Positions 36,038 to 49,876 are shown, numbered from the whole stretch's first letter. The stretch is DNA of 60,413 bases, filler included, from Stramenopiles sp. TOSAG23-6 (GCA_900128565.1; 13 parts of 13 records of this genome joined end to end with filler, not necessarily neighbours in it), one strand, 5' to 3'. The notes: generated from the sequence alone by a model not told the origin. Made by a program: numbers and translations.

Positions 36038-36403
36038 TTCGTGTTTTATTGAAGTTATGACGCGAGATAAAGTTAATAAAAAAAAGACAATTTATCATAA
36101 AATGCAAAAAAAAACATAAAGTTATGACAAAAATTTATGATTATCATAACTTTTTTTACTGATGAATCCGGTAATCATAACTTTTTGTCATAAGTTACCC
36201 GGGAACCATACTTATGCTGTACCGATGAAACCGGCCTAATGGTATAAGTTATATAATAATATTATATGACGATGACGTCATTGGTTTTGATTGACTTCGT
36301 TTTTTTCAAATCTTTGACTGGCCGATCTGATCTGGCCGATGAGAAAGTTTCTCCATGTGTGGCAATAATAAACATAGTTTTGTAGCAACAAACGTTTCTA
36401 AAA

Positions 36404-37117
36404 ATGCGTTCTTTGGTTTCAGAAACTTTTGTCCATGTATTGGCAATATTAGCTGTTAGTACTGCTCAAGTGTCTGATATTTTCTCATCTGTTGATCAAG
36501 AGCTTGCTATGAATGTTGCAAGGCTTACACTTGCCAATTCATCTGACACGTGGGACCTTGCAAAGGCTTCTACTATTTTGCACCTCACAGATGGACAATC
36601 GAAAAGTGTAATTACATGCTCTATGGCAACAGATGCACTTCGTGTTGCGGAAAGTGCTTCGGATATCCATGCTGCTGTGGTAATTGAACAGGTGGCAGGT
36701 GGGTGTGGTATCAAGTTGGAAGATTCCATGGTGAATACTTTAATCAAGGCCTCAGAGTCAAGTGTTCTTATGGATATTTACCACGGAGTGAAAGCACTTC
36801 ATCAAACGGGTAAGACAATAAATAGTAACACTGTAACAGAAAATGTAATTTCATTGATGGAAGAAGATGGGGCATTTCGAGAAGCGGCGGATAGTGATTA
36901 CTCTTCGGAGCTTAACGCTGGTTATGCATATGAAATTCTTTCGATTACGTACCCAAAACTAGAATCCAAGTGGATATCGTCCAAGAAAGATAAAACGGAA
37001 ACAACTCCAGAAGCTACGAAAATATTTAATCTATTGGAAAATATCGATACTGTAGTTGATGGCATTGGCACTATACTTGATGCTTCGGAAAAAGTCGATA
37101 TGTCTCTCTCGATAAAT
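36404..37117 (+). CDS. Probable ribophorin II N-terminal part (contig ends in a family intron)
   Basis: Signal peptide plus helical lumenal region resembling RPN2; assignment by resemblance only. Confidence 0.5.
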
Positions 37118-38114
37118 GTATGTTTTATTTTTTTTCAATTTCGAATTTATTTTTCGTACGAAATTTTGTACCTAACNNNNNNNNNNNNNNNNNNNNNNNN
37201 NNNNNNNNNNNNNNNNNNNNTTAATTAATTAANNNNNNNNNNNNNNNNNNNNNNNNNNNNNNNNNNNNNNNNNNNNTTGTACCTAACAAATTTTTTAAGA
37301 TTTTTTTTGAAATATTTTTCCAAAATACATGGTGCTAAACATTTCAATACACCTAAACACAAAAAGTCACCATTTCAAAAAATCTTTCAAATCTTTCAAA
37401 TCTCTAATGTTTTCCATTTAATCTGCTTTGGATTTGGAATTGTGTTGATATTAGGGTTAGGGTTTTATCTACGATGTAGAAAATATCGAATTCAATTCAA
37501 GCGTAAACAGTCTCTGTAGTCTTCAGTATTGTTGTACGCATTGTGATATTCGTGATATTCCGTACCATTTTTTACATACGATGCTTCATTTAAAAAAATA
37601 ATTTTATTTTTCTTCAAAATACAATTACTTTTGAAGTGTATATATCTTCTTTTTTTTTTAAATTTATTATGATTCACTTTGAATTGTGTCATCAGTTTTC
37701 CAAATATTTCTTTTCCATTTGCTTTATGGTCTTGAAGAAACCTGCAGGCGCCATCCAATGTGTGATGTGTGTAGCTAAGGCCGATTTCATCAGTGCAGCA
37801 TAAGTCATATGACTTATGACGTTTTTTTTATGATTTTATAGACTTATGTTTCTGTGCAGTTCATCAGCAATTGTCATAACCTAGGTGGACTCGAACCCTC
37901 GACCTTATGAATTATTAAAATTCAACTTTTGACCACTCATTTTTGATATTTTATTTTAAACATCATTTTTGTTCTGTGGTGTGTACGCTTTGACCAAGTA
38001 GTAGTAGTCGTCGTCGTTGTCTTCCTTTTCAATAATACCAAGTTGATTCCCTCTTATACAACTGCATCATATTATTGTTTGAATAGAGAAACACAGAATT
38101 ATCATAGAGTCCTG

Positions 38115-39026
38115 ATGGCTGAAAATAATCATGGTGAAATTGATGCTGAGCCCTTGCCCTTGTCCTTGCCTAAAACAAAAAAAAGAAAACGAAGATCTAA
38201 CTTTACGACTGATGAACTTCCACTTATTCTAAGGGCTGGGTATGCAGCAAGTCACAATAACAAGGGTTCAGATAATAAGACGTCGACACTTGAAGAATTG
38301 ATTGAAGCCAATTTCAAGAAACTCAGACCTTCTTCAGTAAGAACTGGCGATGCACTTTGGACAAAGTTCAAAAATCTCAAAAGAGATTGCGGTAAGTACT
38401 ATACTATTTACTGTACTTTAAAGAGAGCTAAGAAGTCAGGTTGGGAAGAGGAAACATACTATCACGAATCAATTAAAGCTATGAAGAAGAATTTCAGTAC
38501 TACACCTGCCTTTTCTCAAGAAGTTTATGCTATCTACAAAGAGATGCATGAAATGCACGAAACAGCAACTGTGAAAAAAGGCACCAGCGGAAGAAACAAA
38601 ATTCGAGCAATTGACAAGGCAAAGAAAGGTGTACAGCAAATTATTGATCTTACAAAAAAAGAAACAAAACACCAGCAAAAGGCCATGTTAGATGCCCAGA
38701 GAGATCGTTCAGCAGCAGTTCAGCAGATGTCCCAAGTTATGTTCATGAGGCAAATACGATCTTCACCACCGGGTAGTGAAAACAGTAAATTTCTGGAATT
38801 CATTGAGGGAAATCAAAGAAAACTTATGATGATGCAGATGGAAGAGAGCCTGCTTAGACAGCAGGATAAGATTGATAAACTAAAGAAGAAAATAAACAAT
38901 GGCAAAGAAAGTAAGGACAAAGAAAACAATGAAGAAAACAATGAAGAAAACAGCAATGAAGAAAGCAATGGCGACAAAGAAAAAGACGAAGAAAACAACG
39001 AAGAAGACGAACTTCTTGTCTCATAG
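38115..39026 (+). CDS. Harbinger Myb/SANT-like protein (duplicate)
   Basis: Identical translation to 33466-34377. Confidence 0.85.
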   Translation: MAENNHGEIDAEPLPLSLPKTKKRKRRSNFTTDELPLILRAGYAASHNNKGSDNKTSTLEELIEANFKKLRPSSVRTGDALWTKFKNLKRDCGKYYTIYCTLKRAKKSGWEEETYYHESIKAMKKNFSTTPAFSQEVYAIYKEMHEMHETATVKKGTSGRNKIRAIDKAKKGVQQIIDLTKKETKHQQKAMLDAQRDRSAAVQQMSQVMFMRQIRSSPPGSENSKFLEFIEGNQRKLMMMQMEESLLRQQDKIDKLKKKINNGKESKDKENNEENNEENSNEESNGDKEKDEENNEEDELLVS

Positions 39027-39213
39027 AAAAATATCGTTAGGTACAAAATTTCGTATGAAAATGTTACATGTATACGTTACTTTTTTATCTTTCATATTCT
39101 ACATTAATTTTATATCTTTCCTATTGCACATCTAGATAAAAAGAATAGCAATAAAAAGAATAAAAATGATAAAAGAAAATTATTTTGAAATTCAAATCAT
39201 CTTTATAATAAAA

Positions 39214-40686
39214 TTAATATTGGGAAATTAATGCATCTCTAAGTTTGAAATGGGCACTCTTACTACAGATTGATGAGTATCTTTGCTGAATTAAATCTGC
39301 AATTGTTATTCCTTCAGCTTCAGCAAGTAGGTCTAGCACTGTATCGACGCATTTTCCTTCAAGAAAAGCTTTTAGATCAGGGTCTCTTTCTTCTTCTATT
39401 TCTGCATTGTAAAGGTCTCCTTCAAATTCTGAACCGAAAAAAAGAACATCGCAATTGTTTGCAACTATCATATTATGCATCAAAAAACAAAATTTTATCA
39501 TTGTTCTCAAGTCTTCAATGTTTTGGTAATAAGCTGCAGATCGCATGAATGCAAACCTCTTCTGAATTACCCCAAAAAGACGTTCAACATCTTTTCTGAT
39601 TGCTTCATGGCATTTAACATATTTTTTTTGTGATGTTGATATTGGGTTCATTGATATTGCATAACAGGCCCACTTTGGGTACACACCATCGCCTAATCTA
39701 TATTGAATAGAAAATTCAGATTGCTCACCTGACTTTGATTTAATAAAAAACTGTTTTTCACCGAATTCTCCTCGTAGAAATGCACCAAGCATCGGATCAC
39801 GCTCCGCAACACGGTTGTCTGGTTCTGTCCCGAGCCCTGAAAGATTAAGATGTGCACACCACAAATTACTGTGGCTGACTGCACTGACTTTTACACCACA
39901 ACCTTTGTCACCCTTGAACTGTGCCTGGAGTATTTTAGGGCACGCATCCCATCTCACAACCATGCAGTCTTCAGACCCATGACAACCTGGAAATCCTGCT
40001 AACTCTTTTGATTTCAACTCTCTTTTCATCATATCCAGATGCAAAGGGTGTTGTGAAAAAATCTGTGGTAGATACTTGTCTCCTAGATTTTTTACAGTAG
40101 CACGTGCTACTTGAAGAATCTTCTTCCCAATTGCTGATTTTCCAAATCCAACTGGACACTCTAATTGAATATCAGCTACTGCAGTCCGTACCTTTTTTAG
40201 TAAAGCTAGCAGTCCTAGATCAGCAGACATTCCAAATTTTCCAGTGGCATTGGGTTTAGCTGCGCAATCATCTTTAATATTGATGAGAACTTCTTCGTAA
40301 ACTTCTTTTGGTACGCCAAAATGCTGATGGAATTCAAGATCAGTGTAAAGTTGTGTGTTATTCTCAGTGGCGAAGAATTCTTTGAACCAATTAGTTGGTG
40401 TTCTTTTTCTTTTTTTCCCTCCTGGTTTGCTACCACCTCGTCTGTCACGTTTAACTTCTGCTTCCCATTGTTGAAAGTTACATATATAATTTTGACTACT
40501 TGTATCTAATGCAAACTCATCATTATCTGTAGCTATTAGCATAGCAGCTAGTTCTTCTTCATCAGATGTGTCCATTGTATTACATAAGTTGAAAACTACG
40601 CAAGACTTGTCACACGATTGTACACGACGACGAAGTTCATTCGACTCGACACGTTTTGATGTTTGACCGATGATTCTATATAGCAT
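39214..40686 (-). CDS. Harbinger transposase (duplicate)
   Basis: Identical translation to 34565-36037. Confidence 0.92.
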   Translation of the reverse strand: MLYRIIGQTSKRVESNELRRRVQSCDKSCVVFNLCNTMDTSDEEELAAMLIATDNDEFALDTSSQNYICNFQQWEAEVKRDRRGGSKPGGKKRKRTPTNWFKEFFATENNTQLYTDLEFHQHFGVPKEVYEEVLINIKDDCAAKPNATGKFGMSADLGLLALLKKVRTAVADIQLECPVGFGKSAIGKKILQVARATVKNLGDKYLPQIFSQHPLHLDMMKRELKSKELAGFPGCHGSEDCMVVRWDACPKILQAQFKGDKGCGVKVSAVSHSNLWCAHLNLSGLGTEPDNRVAERDPMLGAFLRGEFGEKQFFIKSKSGEQSEFSIQYRLGDGVYPKWACYAISMNPISTSQKKYVKCHEAIRKDVERLFGVIQKRFAFMRSAAYYQNIEDLRTMIKFCFLMHNMIVANNCDVLFFGSEFEGDLYNAEIEEERDPDLKAFLEGKCVDTVLDLLAEAEGITIADLIQQRYSSICSKSAHFKLRDALISQY

Positions 40687-41052
40687 TTCGTGTTTTATTG
40701 AAGTTATGACGCGAGATAAAGTTAATAAAAAAAAGACAATTTATCATAAAATGCAAAAAAAAACATAAAGTTATGACAAAAATTTATGATTATCATAACT
40801 TTTTTTACTGATGAATCCGGTAATCATAACTTTTTGTCATAAGTTACCCGGGAACCATACTTATGCTGTACCGATGAAACCGGCCTAATGGTATAAGTTA
40901 TATAATAATATTATATGACGATGACGTCATTGGTTTTGATTGACTTCGTTTTTTTCAAATCTTTGACTGGCCGATCTGATCTGGCCGATGAGAAAGTTTC
41001 TCCATGTGTGGCAATAATAAACATAGTTTTGTAGCAACAAACGTTTCTAAAA

Positions 41053-41766
41053 ATGCGTTCTTTGGTTTCAGAAACTTTTGTCCATGTATTGGCAATATTA
41101 GCTGTTAGTACTGCTCAAGTGTCTGATATTTTCTCATCTGTTGATCAAGAGCTTGCTATGAATGTTGCAAGGCTTACACTTGCCAATTCATCTGACACGT
41201 GGGACCTTGCAAAGGCTTCTACTATTTTGCACCTCACAGATGGACAATCGAAAAGTGTAATTACATGCTCTATGGCAACAGATGCACTTCGTGTTGCGGA
41301 AAGTGCTTCGGATATCCATGCTGCTGTGGTAATTGAACAGGTGGCAGGTGGGTGTGGTATCAAGTTGGAAGATTCCATGGTGAATACTTTAATCAAGGCC
41401 TCAGAGTCAAGTGTTCTTATGGATATTTACCACGGAGTGAAAGCACTTCATCAAACGGGTAAGACAATAAATAGTAACACTGTAACAGAAAATGTAATTT
41501 CATTGATGGAAGAAGATGGGGCATTTCGAGAAGCGGCGGATAGTGATTACTCTTCGGAGCTTAACGCTGGTTATGCATATGAAATTCTTTCGATTACGTA
41601 CCCAAAACTAGAATCCAAGTGGATATCGTCCAAGAAAGATAAAACGGAAACAACTCCAGAAGCTACGAAAATATTTAATCTATTGGAAAATATCGATACT
41701 GTAGTTGATGGCATTGGCACTATACTTGATGCTTCGGAAAAAGTCGATATGTCTCTCTCGATAAAT
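41053..41766 (+). CDS. Probable ribophorin II N-terminal part (duplicate)
   Basis: Identical translation to 36404-37117. Confidence 0.5.
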
Positions 41767-41925
41767 GTATGTTTTATTTTTTTTCAATTTCGAATTTATT
41801 TTTCGTACGAAATTTTGTACCTAACNNNNNNNNNNNNNNNNNNNNNNNNNNNNNNNNNNNNNNNNNNNNTTAATTAATTAANNNNNNNNNNNNNNNNNNN
41901 NNNNNNNNNNNNNNNNNNNNNNNNN

Positions 41926-43657
41926 CATTGCGTTTAGGAACATCTTTAAATATCCCAGTTAAATGCTTTATTAAAGTTTCTCCTGTAAAACCAAAACCCC
42001 TGACGAAAATATCAAAACCTGCTATCGAAGCAAACATTGAGAGTTCTGGACGAGTTAAACTTTCACGAATATATCATACGCAAGATGACCATGATACAAA
42101 TGTTGAAAAGAAAGATCGTGTATCAGCTTATAGATATGGAAAGGAAACAGTTCCATTTAATAAAACTGATGAAGTTGCGTCCAAGTGGACATCAGAGAAA
42201 ACTTTAACTATACTTGGTTTTGTACCAAAGAAATCTGTTTCACGACACATGTACGTATCTGCGCCTTATACTGTTATTCCAGACACTAATATAAGTGCAG
42301 CAATAGTTGGATTCTCGTCATTGCGTTTAGCAATGATTTTGGAAAAGAAAATAGCCATTGTACGTTTAGTTAAAAAGATAAACGCCCACCCAATGTTAGG
42401 ATGTTTGGTGCCAAGTTCATCAAATAACCAAACAACAGAAGATGGTTGTCTTTATTTTCTACAACTTCCAATGTCAGATGACATGCGTCGATATCATTTT
42501 GCTTCATTACTACCAAGTAAAACAGAGAGTAATCCTAATAATTCATTATTTCCAAGTTATGAACAATTGGATGTAGCTGGGAGATTAATTGATGCTATGG
42601 ACTGCTCAAATATCACACATACAGTATCCATACAGAATAAAGTAATTTCAGCAGAAATACCATCATCAACATCAACAATATCGACATCAACACAAAATAA
42701 AACAATAGCTAATAAATTGAATGATATAAATAATCAAATTCCAGTACCAGATAATGCAGCAAATCCGTTTTTACATCGGTATGCAACTGCTATATATAAT
42801 CGATCTAAAGAAGCGGGTTGTCCAATTGCTGGTGATGATGAATTTTCGACAGTGATGGTTCCACAAAATGCACTTATGAGAAAATGTCAAGTACAAATAA
42901 ATGATTTCATATCAAAATTTCCAATGAAAAATAATAATTTGGATAGAAAAGGAAATATTAATGGATTCAAGAAACGGAAGTATTGGAGTGACGTTACAAA
43001 TTCTACTGCTGGAATAGATGCAAAAACATTGCCGAAAGATGATTGCTCAAAAGGTATTATACAGGAAGGAGCTTCTTCTAAAAGGGTAAAATCATTCGAC
43101 GATGAATCAACGTATGGTAATACAAATGTTTCGGAGAATTCGCTAAATGATTTGACATTTTGTGCAAATGTTGATTTTAATAATGAAAAGTTTTTGCGCG
43201 AGCATTTGAATTAATGCAATCAGCTATGAATGGTATGAAAGAACAAATAAAAAATATGGTAAAACATGATGTATGTTATCATGAGAAAGCAATATCTTGT
43301 TTATCCGTAATGAGACAAAATGTAGTTGACTGGTCAAGACGAAAATGTAATGAAATTTGTAGATTAGATGTGAAAACATTTAATTCATTTGTCAAAACTT
43401 TTAAAGATAACATTTTCTTATCTCAGAATTCAAGTACCACTAATGGTAATGATGATGCTATGAAACAAATATTTTGGAAACTTCTCATTAAACATCAAAT
43501 AAATCTAATTTCAACTTCTGAGCGTTCAGACTCTGACGTCACACTTGAAGAGGCTTCGACATTTCTGAGTCAAAAACAAAAGGAAGCAAGTGATATTAGT
43601 ATTGGGCAAAATTGTACAATAGATGATGATGAAGATTTATTTGATGATATGGAGTAA
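41926..43657 (+). CDS. XRCC5: Ku80, 5' truncated, with a frame break at about 43190-43214
   Basis: AYRYGKETVPF, LTILGF, AIVRLV, LQLPMSDDMRRYHF, NPFLHR; second ORF has KAISCL...FWKLL...LISTSE...DLFDDME typical of the Ku80 C-terminus. Confidence 0.85.
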
Positions 43658-43738
43658 TACAACTTATCTGTTGAATAATACATTCATGAATAATATCCCA
43701 GAAGCAGAATGAATTAGACTTTGCACATTGATGGAATT

Positions 43739-46430
43739 TTATAAATCAATTTTTTCATAATTGTCATCTAACTTATTTTTTTTATTCTGAAACTTCGATA
43801 CTTCTTCGTCGAGCTCAGTCCAGCTTTCTTCAAAATGTTCAGCACTAATAATACGTCGGGCCATGTCCAACTTTGCTTCTTTGTGCCTTGGGTTATTACA
43901 TAAGTCCACTGCTTTTGCCTCCAAAAGTGACGATGCAGAACACCAAGATTCGCACCATAACCAAGACTGTGGTAAAGTAAATATTGGGACCATGTGCTGT
44001 GTATAGTTTGGTAAATCTTGATCAAGATTTGATAGAGATTGAGGATCTCTGCTTAAATGATCATACACGGATCTTAATTTATCACCGATTCCGCGATGTC
44101 TGAAAAGTACGAGATCAACAACGTACAAAGCTGATATGTGATAGGGTAATCCACGTAAGTGATCTTTCCAAAACCCTTCATTCCAGAATTGATACCCTAA
44201 AGTTTCAGTATTTGTCTGACAGAAAGGAGCATACGCGTATACATGATTATCTAGATCTAAATCCCAAAGTTCTTTTATATCAGTGCGAATTATAGTATCA
44301 GCATCTATATATATAACTTTTTTTACATGTAAAGGAAATAAAACATCAAGAAATAATATCTTATAGCCCCAAATAATTCTTTGTTTTACAGTTTGTTTAC
44401 GTAACCATGAGGGCCAAGTATACGTCACAAGATCAACTTCAAATCTATATGAAATAGAAAGTTTTTTCACATCATTTATAAATCCTGGCGATAAAAAGTT
44501 CTCTAATAACCAAAATTTGATATTCGACTTTGTTCGCTTTACTACTGAAAGCATCATAATTTTGAGAAATCTTTCATATAAATGACCCGTCGCAACCGAA
44601 AAAATATGTATAGTATCGGATCCATTATTTATGAAAGGAAGATTGGAATGATCTTTCACTTCTTCCATCATGATAGATCCAATAACACTAGACATTAAAT
44701 TCATTGCTTGATTTGTAGCCTTTTTTACTCCTTTTTTTACTTTTGTTACTCCTTGTGTGACTTGAGAAAAAAAACCATTACTTTCAGTATCTTCAGTCTC
44801 AACGTCTTCATCAATTACATCCAATAAATTACGATTCTCCATTCCTCTACGTCTAACTACATTAAGTTGTTCCATTTGTGGACTAAACTTTCGCATAACT
44901 ATGACCATTTGTAGAGAATTAGTAGAAATACTTGGTTGGAGAGTAAATTCTTCGAATTCATCAAATACATTTTCTTTGCTATTATCAATCTGAGTAGTAA
45001 AAGAATTAGATACATTGTGTATAGCATATATTTCGGGTGTAATACCTTTTGATAAATGAAGCGACCATATGCCAGGATTACTCTTCAATTGCCAATATCC
45101 TAAATTTTGCATAACAACCGTATCTGATCGTTCATTATCACTAAAATCATTAGAAAATACATCAGCGTTTTTGATAAATATTTGAACTCCATTCGCTGCT
45201 CGATTATTTGTCAAATCCATACAATGACCAGCAAGAAGCAAATGCTTTAATTGTAAACCCACATCAATAGAATCATGTAAAGATAATTGTATATTATCAG
45301 TATCTACTGGAGACTCAGTTTGTATAATATTCCAACTCTCTGGTGTCTCAATTGATAAAGTCAGAATATGTTTCATAGGTAAAACGTCCTTAAAAGACAC
45401 AAATCCAACAGAAGTAGATGAACGATAAAATCTTTTTAGTGGAAGCTCCTTTGTTTCTTGCTTAGGATTGAAATGCACTAATATTGAAAGCCTAGGAATT
45501 CGTGTGTCAATGTCAACATCTTGAATATCTTTATCAGCAAAAATATTATACAAAGTCATTAATATATCTGAAATACGCTGAGCAGATGAAGATAATGGAT
45601 TAATAATAGCAACAACCTCAATAGACGCAGTCTCAGTAATTAAACGACCATTTTTAGTTTTCTTACTAGAATTTTGAGGTTCTACATACGATGTGCTCAA
45701 ATACTTATCATATATTTTATGCGCAGAAAAATGTTGACGTGTTGACATTGAATACACTCCAGCAAATGATGCTGCTTGCATAACGTCATTACTCGTTGCA
45801 TCCATGGGTAACAAACTATTCAAATAGGACGCTCTTCGTGATCTTTCAATACTATCCATTAAACTAAAATCTAAAGCTTCAAATTGCACAAGATTGTTTT
45901 CAAGATTTGTTCTGTGATTTATTTCGTGATTTTGGAAAACAAATGGAATAGTGACTAACCAACCATTTGCACAAACAGCTGTACCACCTGGAGATATACC
46001 AAGCATTTTTACGACATCATTATACAAAAGCTTTGTATCTTTTGAATAATTTTCATTTGATTGTTTTGAATTTCCTATCTGTGATGAACCAAAAGTCTCT
46101 CGCAAGTTTTTAACAGATATTTCTAGCATTTCCAATGAATTTGCGTAATCGATCATTGTTCGTTTTTTTACGTCCGATTTATTAGATCGATCAGCAGCAA
46201 GAAACGGGTTTAATGAACTAGATTTACTAATTAAATTATGAAGAGCGTGGAGACTTTTAGATTTCACATCTTCCATATTATTTTGTTTTGGGTTATGAAT
46301 AAAAGTTACACGCGTCGTAGTTGGTATAGATGTTCTTATGGCATAAATAGCTTCCTCAATTAGTGACAAACCTGGTAGAGTATTCATATCAACGACTACG
46401 AATATACTCACTGCTGCTCGATTTTCATGT
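43739..46430 (-). CDS. UGGT: UDP-glucose:glycoprotein glucosyltransferase, 3' part
   Basis: IHIFSVATGHLYERFLKIMM, QRIIWGYKILFLDVLFP, DAD, NLDQDLPN, WLWCESWC. Confidence 0.96.
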
Positions 46431-46631
46431 AGAACTTTTTTTTTTTTTTTTTTTTTGACTTTTTTTTTTTTTTNNNNNNNNNNNNNNNNNNNNNNNNNNN
46501 NNNNNNNNNNNNNNNNNTTAATTAATTAANNNNNNNNNNNNNNNNNNNNNNNNNNNNNNNNNNNNNNNNNNNNTTTCATACGAAATTTCGTACCTAACGA
46601 TTTTTTTTTGAAATATTTTTTCACAATACGT

Positions 46632-49140
46632 TTATGGACTTTATTGTCCTGGGGACCCACATGGATATACAAATGCTGTCACAGGATATCCACAATTATG
46701 TAAAGGGGGTTACTATTGCCCATCTCCAGCGAAGCAAATCATTTGTCCAAAAGGATATGCTTGTCGTCCTGGATCATCTGAACCTTCTCTATGTGTTTTT
46801 TTTCATGAGTGTCCCAAGGGATCTTCTCGACCAAATGGTAGTTTTATTGGTGTAGTTTCTGTCGTTATTTTGTTTTTATTTGTCCATTCTTTTAAATATA
46901 TATATCTTTGCATTCGAAATGGAAATAGAATTGCTAGAGAAACTACACCAAGTTCGAAATATTGGCGACGTGCAATGTCTTATGTACCATCTTGGCGTAA
47001 AATCAAAAATATTAATGGTGAAGATAGACCTTTATTAAATGTATTGAATCATGATATGCAAAACGCCTTTGATGATGAAAATTCAGAAAATGTACCAATA
47101 ATACCATTAATGACTGCTGAACCTTTGTTACGTTCTGAAAATAGTGAAAAAGTTTCGATTATTTTTCATCGTATTACAGTAAAGTTGGAGCCTAATTGTA
47201 CATCTTTAGTAAAACATGACAAAAGAATAGAAAAAATAATTATCAAAGATGTAACTGGAACTCTTAGAAGTTCACGACTCACTGCAATTATGGGTCAATC
47301 GGGATGTGGTAAAACGACTTTATTGAATGCCCTTTGTAACCGAATAATTCGTCCAGCGAAATTGTATGGAGATGTCTATGTAAATGGTACTCTAATGCCT
47401 AGTGGGATATCAAAAGATATAACAGGTTATGTTCCACAAGATGATACAATGCATACTGAACTAACAATACGTCAGTGTCTTTGGTTTTACTTAGAATTGA
47501 AAGGAAATCCGCAAAAAACATTTCGTGAAAAAAAAATGCATTTGAATAATATACTTACAGTGTTAGGTCTATATAATATTCGACATTCTATTATTGGAGA
47601 TACAGAGACACGTGGTATTAGTGGTGGGCAAAGGAAGAGAGTAAATGTAGGTATTGAACTTCTAGCTGACCCAACAGTTCTCATGCTGGATGAACCTACA
47701 TCGGGGTTGGATAGTACTACATCTGCAGATCTCATCTCAACTCTTTCAAATTTGGCAAAGACAGGGCTTACTATAGGGATGGTCATTCATCAACCACGAC
47801 CAGAAATTTTAGACATGACTGATGTGCGTTTTCAAAATTGAATGTATAATTTTGTTTTTTGTAATTTGTATCTAACAAAACAAATGAATGTAAAGTATTT
47901 TTCTAATATGCATGATTTGATATTACTCCAACGTGGACGATTGGTGTATTGTGGTCTTTGTGACAATGCCAATGCTTACTTTGAATCTTTAGGTTATGTT
48001 TTACCTTCTAGAACAAGTCCTGCAGATTTTTATCTTGATTTACTAGTAAGTACAGCAACATATGAAAATGAGGAAAGATGTCTCTATAATCAATGGAATC
48101 AGAAAACATTTAGAGAACAGTTGAATTTGGATACAAAAGAGGATACTATAAATCATTCAGATGATGTTGTATCACTCATTTCTTCAATGTTTTCCTCTAC
48201 AGATTCACCTCCGAAATCAAGAAAAAAACCTTCATTTACAGCACAATTTATTACCATAATTAAGAGGGGTCTTGTTCAACATGGTTGGCCCACGAGTTCT
48301 TTCCTTGGAGATGCATGTACATTTTTTTTTCATTTTTGAATGTATTAATATTTTTTTTATAGAGAATTTCGCATTCAAAACAAATGAAATTTGAAATATT
48401 TTTTCACAAATTATTATTGCTTGTATTTTCTGGTGCATTACTTGGTGCTGTATTTTCCTCAGGTAGTACCAATGAGCTTACAATGCGGTTTCTTTTATCT
48501 TCACTTGCAATTGGTTTAACAGGCACTCAATCTGCTATTACAATTTTCGGTGGAAAAGAAAAAGTTATTTTTTTACGCGAATCTGCATCTGGTATTAAAG
48601 TAACAGCGTATTTCTGGGGCAAGTTAGTATCGTATCTTGTTCGTATCCTTACGGCACCTGCTTTTTTTCTGTTGCTTTATTATCCTCTGTCAGCTCCAAG
48701 ATTCTCTTTTTTTGTATATTATCAAATATTGTTATGGACAAATTTAACAGCGATGTCAATAGGAGTTTTAATATCCCTCTTATTTTCACGAAATTCGGCG
48801 TTTTTTTGCGGGAGTCATTGTTTCCTTAATATCTATATTATTTTCTGGTATGCAACCACCCGTCAAGGAATTGGAAACCACCATTTTTGGTCAGATTGGA
48901 ATGTCACTTTCATACGCTCGTTGGACAACAGAAGCTCAATTTTTTATGGAGCTCAGTGCATATCCTCCATCAGCATATAAATTAAATGTTGTGAGTGGCA
49001 TTATAAATTTCTTAGGCTATGGTCAAAACCATACACTTAATTTAGAAACTGTTTATGAACTGTGTATTGTTCAATTACTATATATTACTGTGGCTTGTTT
49101 GTTAATATCATATATAATTTTACTACGAAATGCAAGATAA
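46632..49140 (+). CDS. ABCG half transporter with Cys-rich extracellular N-region; GT...AT introns at 47824-47913 and 48317-48414; homopolymer frameshift at about 48805
   Basis: GQSGCGKTT, ISGGQRKRV, LDEPTSGLDS, IHQPR; spliced DMTDDLILL; FLRESASG. Confidence 0.9.
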
Positions 49141-49250
49141 AAAATAAAGTATAAAATAGTCCAGCATATATAAAATAAAATCTTTTTTCATAATATTTGA
49201 CCTGATTTTATATTTTCACCATAAAATAAAAACTTTTTCATACTAATATT

Positions 49251-49876
49251 TCACTTCACTTTTTTAGATTTCTGTTGAGCACGCCAGGTTTTCCATTGTT
49301 TAGAGCCTACAAAACTTGTTCCGCAAAGGATATCCATGTTTCCTCCAACACCAAAATTATAATTAAAAAATTGATGATGAAAGTCATGATTCTCAGCACC
49401 AAAAAATACATAGCCGGAATGGGCAAGAGAAGTTGCCATTAAACTAAAGCAAAACCAGAAGTAACCAGTGTACGGATGACAATTTGTGACGGCTACACCA
49501 ATTGCGACGCCGCCTAAATTGCCTATTGCGTATTCGACTGGGTGAGCGTACAACGCTGCTACAGCAGTTGGTGCTTTGAAGCGATGGTGAAGTTTATGGA
49601 TCGCTTTATACACTCCTTTCACATGCAAAAAGATATGAGTCACATAAAACCAAACATCAACAAGCACAGCACAGCACAAGAACTTGAAAATTTCTACCTT
49701 TGGAACCCAAGGGTCTGATTCCAGTGCAACATTTTCGCCATGTAAGAAGACGACTAGCCACTGAACAAGTGGAATGCAAGTCCAGCTAACAACTAGTAGA
49801 TTAAACATAGAAAGACTAAAGGCTTCCAGCCACTCCGATACCGTGAATCGTGATCGATTTCTGGATTGCTTATTTA
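49251..49876 (-). CDS. Fatty acid hydroxylase/sterol desaturase family protein (start uncertain)
   Basis: His boxes THIFLH, HKLHH, AHP, HSGY, HDFHH. Confidence 0.85.

Larger units (their letters stand above)
33130..36236. mobile_element. PIF/Harbinger DNA transposon, apparently intact
   Basis: 26-bp imperfect TIRs (GGCCGATTTCATCAGTGCAGCATAAG vs GGCCGGTTTCATCGGTACAGCATAAG), TAA TSD at 33127-33129 and 36237-36239, two convergent ORFs. Confidence 0.95.
37779..40885. mobile_element. PIF/Harbinger transposon, second listing of the same locus
   Basis: Same TIRs, TAA TSD and flanks as 33130-36236. Confidence 0.93.
37277..41825 (+). repeat. Duplicate of contig 32628-37176
   Basis: Same ends and identical ORF translations at offset 4649. 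Confidence 0.95.

Noticed and set aside
32628-41825. Apparent 4.6-kb tandem duplication or two Harbinger insertions
   Set aside because: Same contig listed twice with identical ends and flanks.
26630-48812. Frameshifts at about 26640 and 48805 as programmed events
   Set aside because: Both sit in homopolymer runs, so sequencing error is the simpler explanation.
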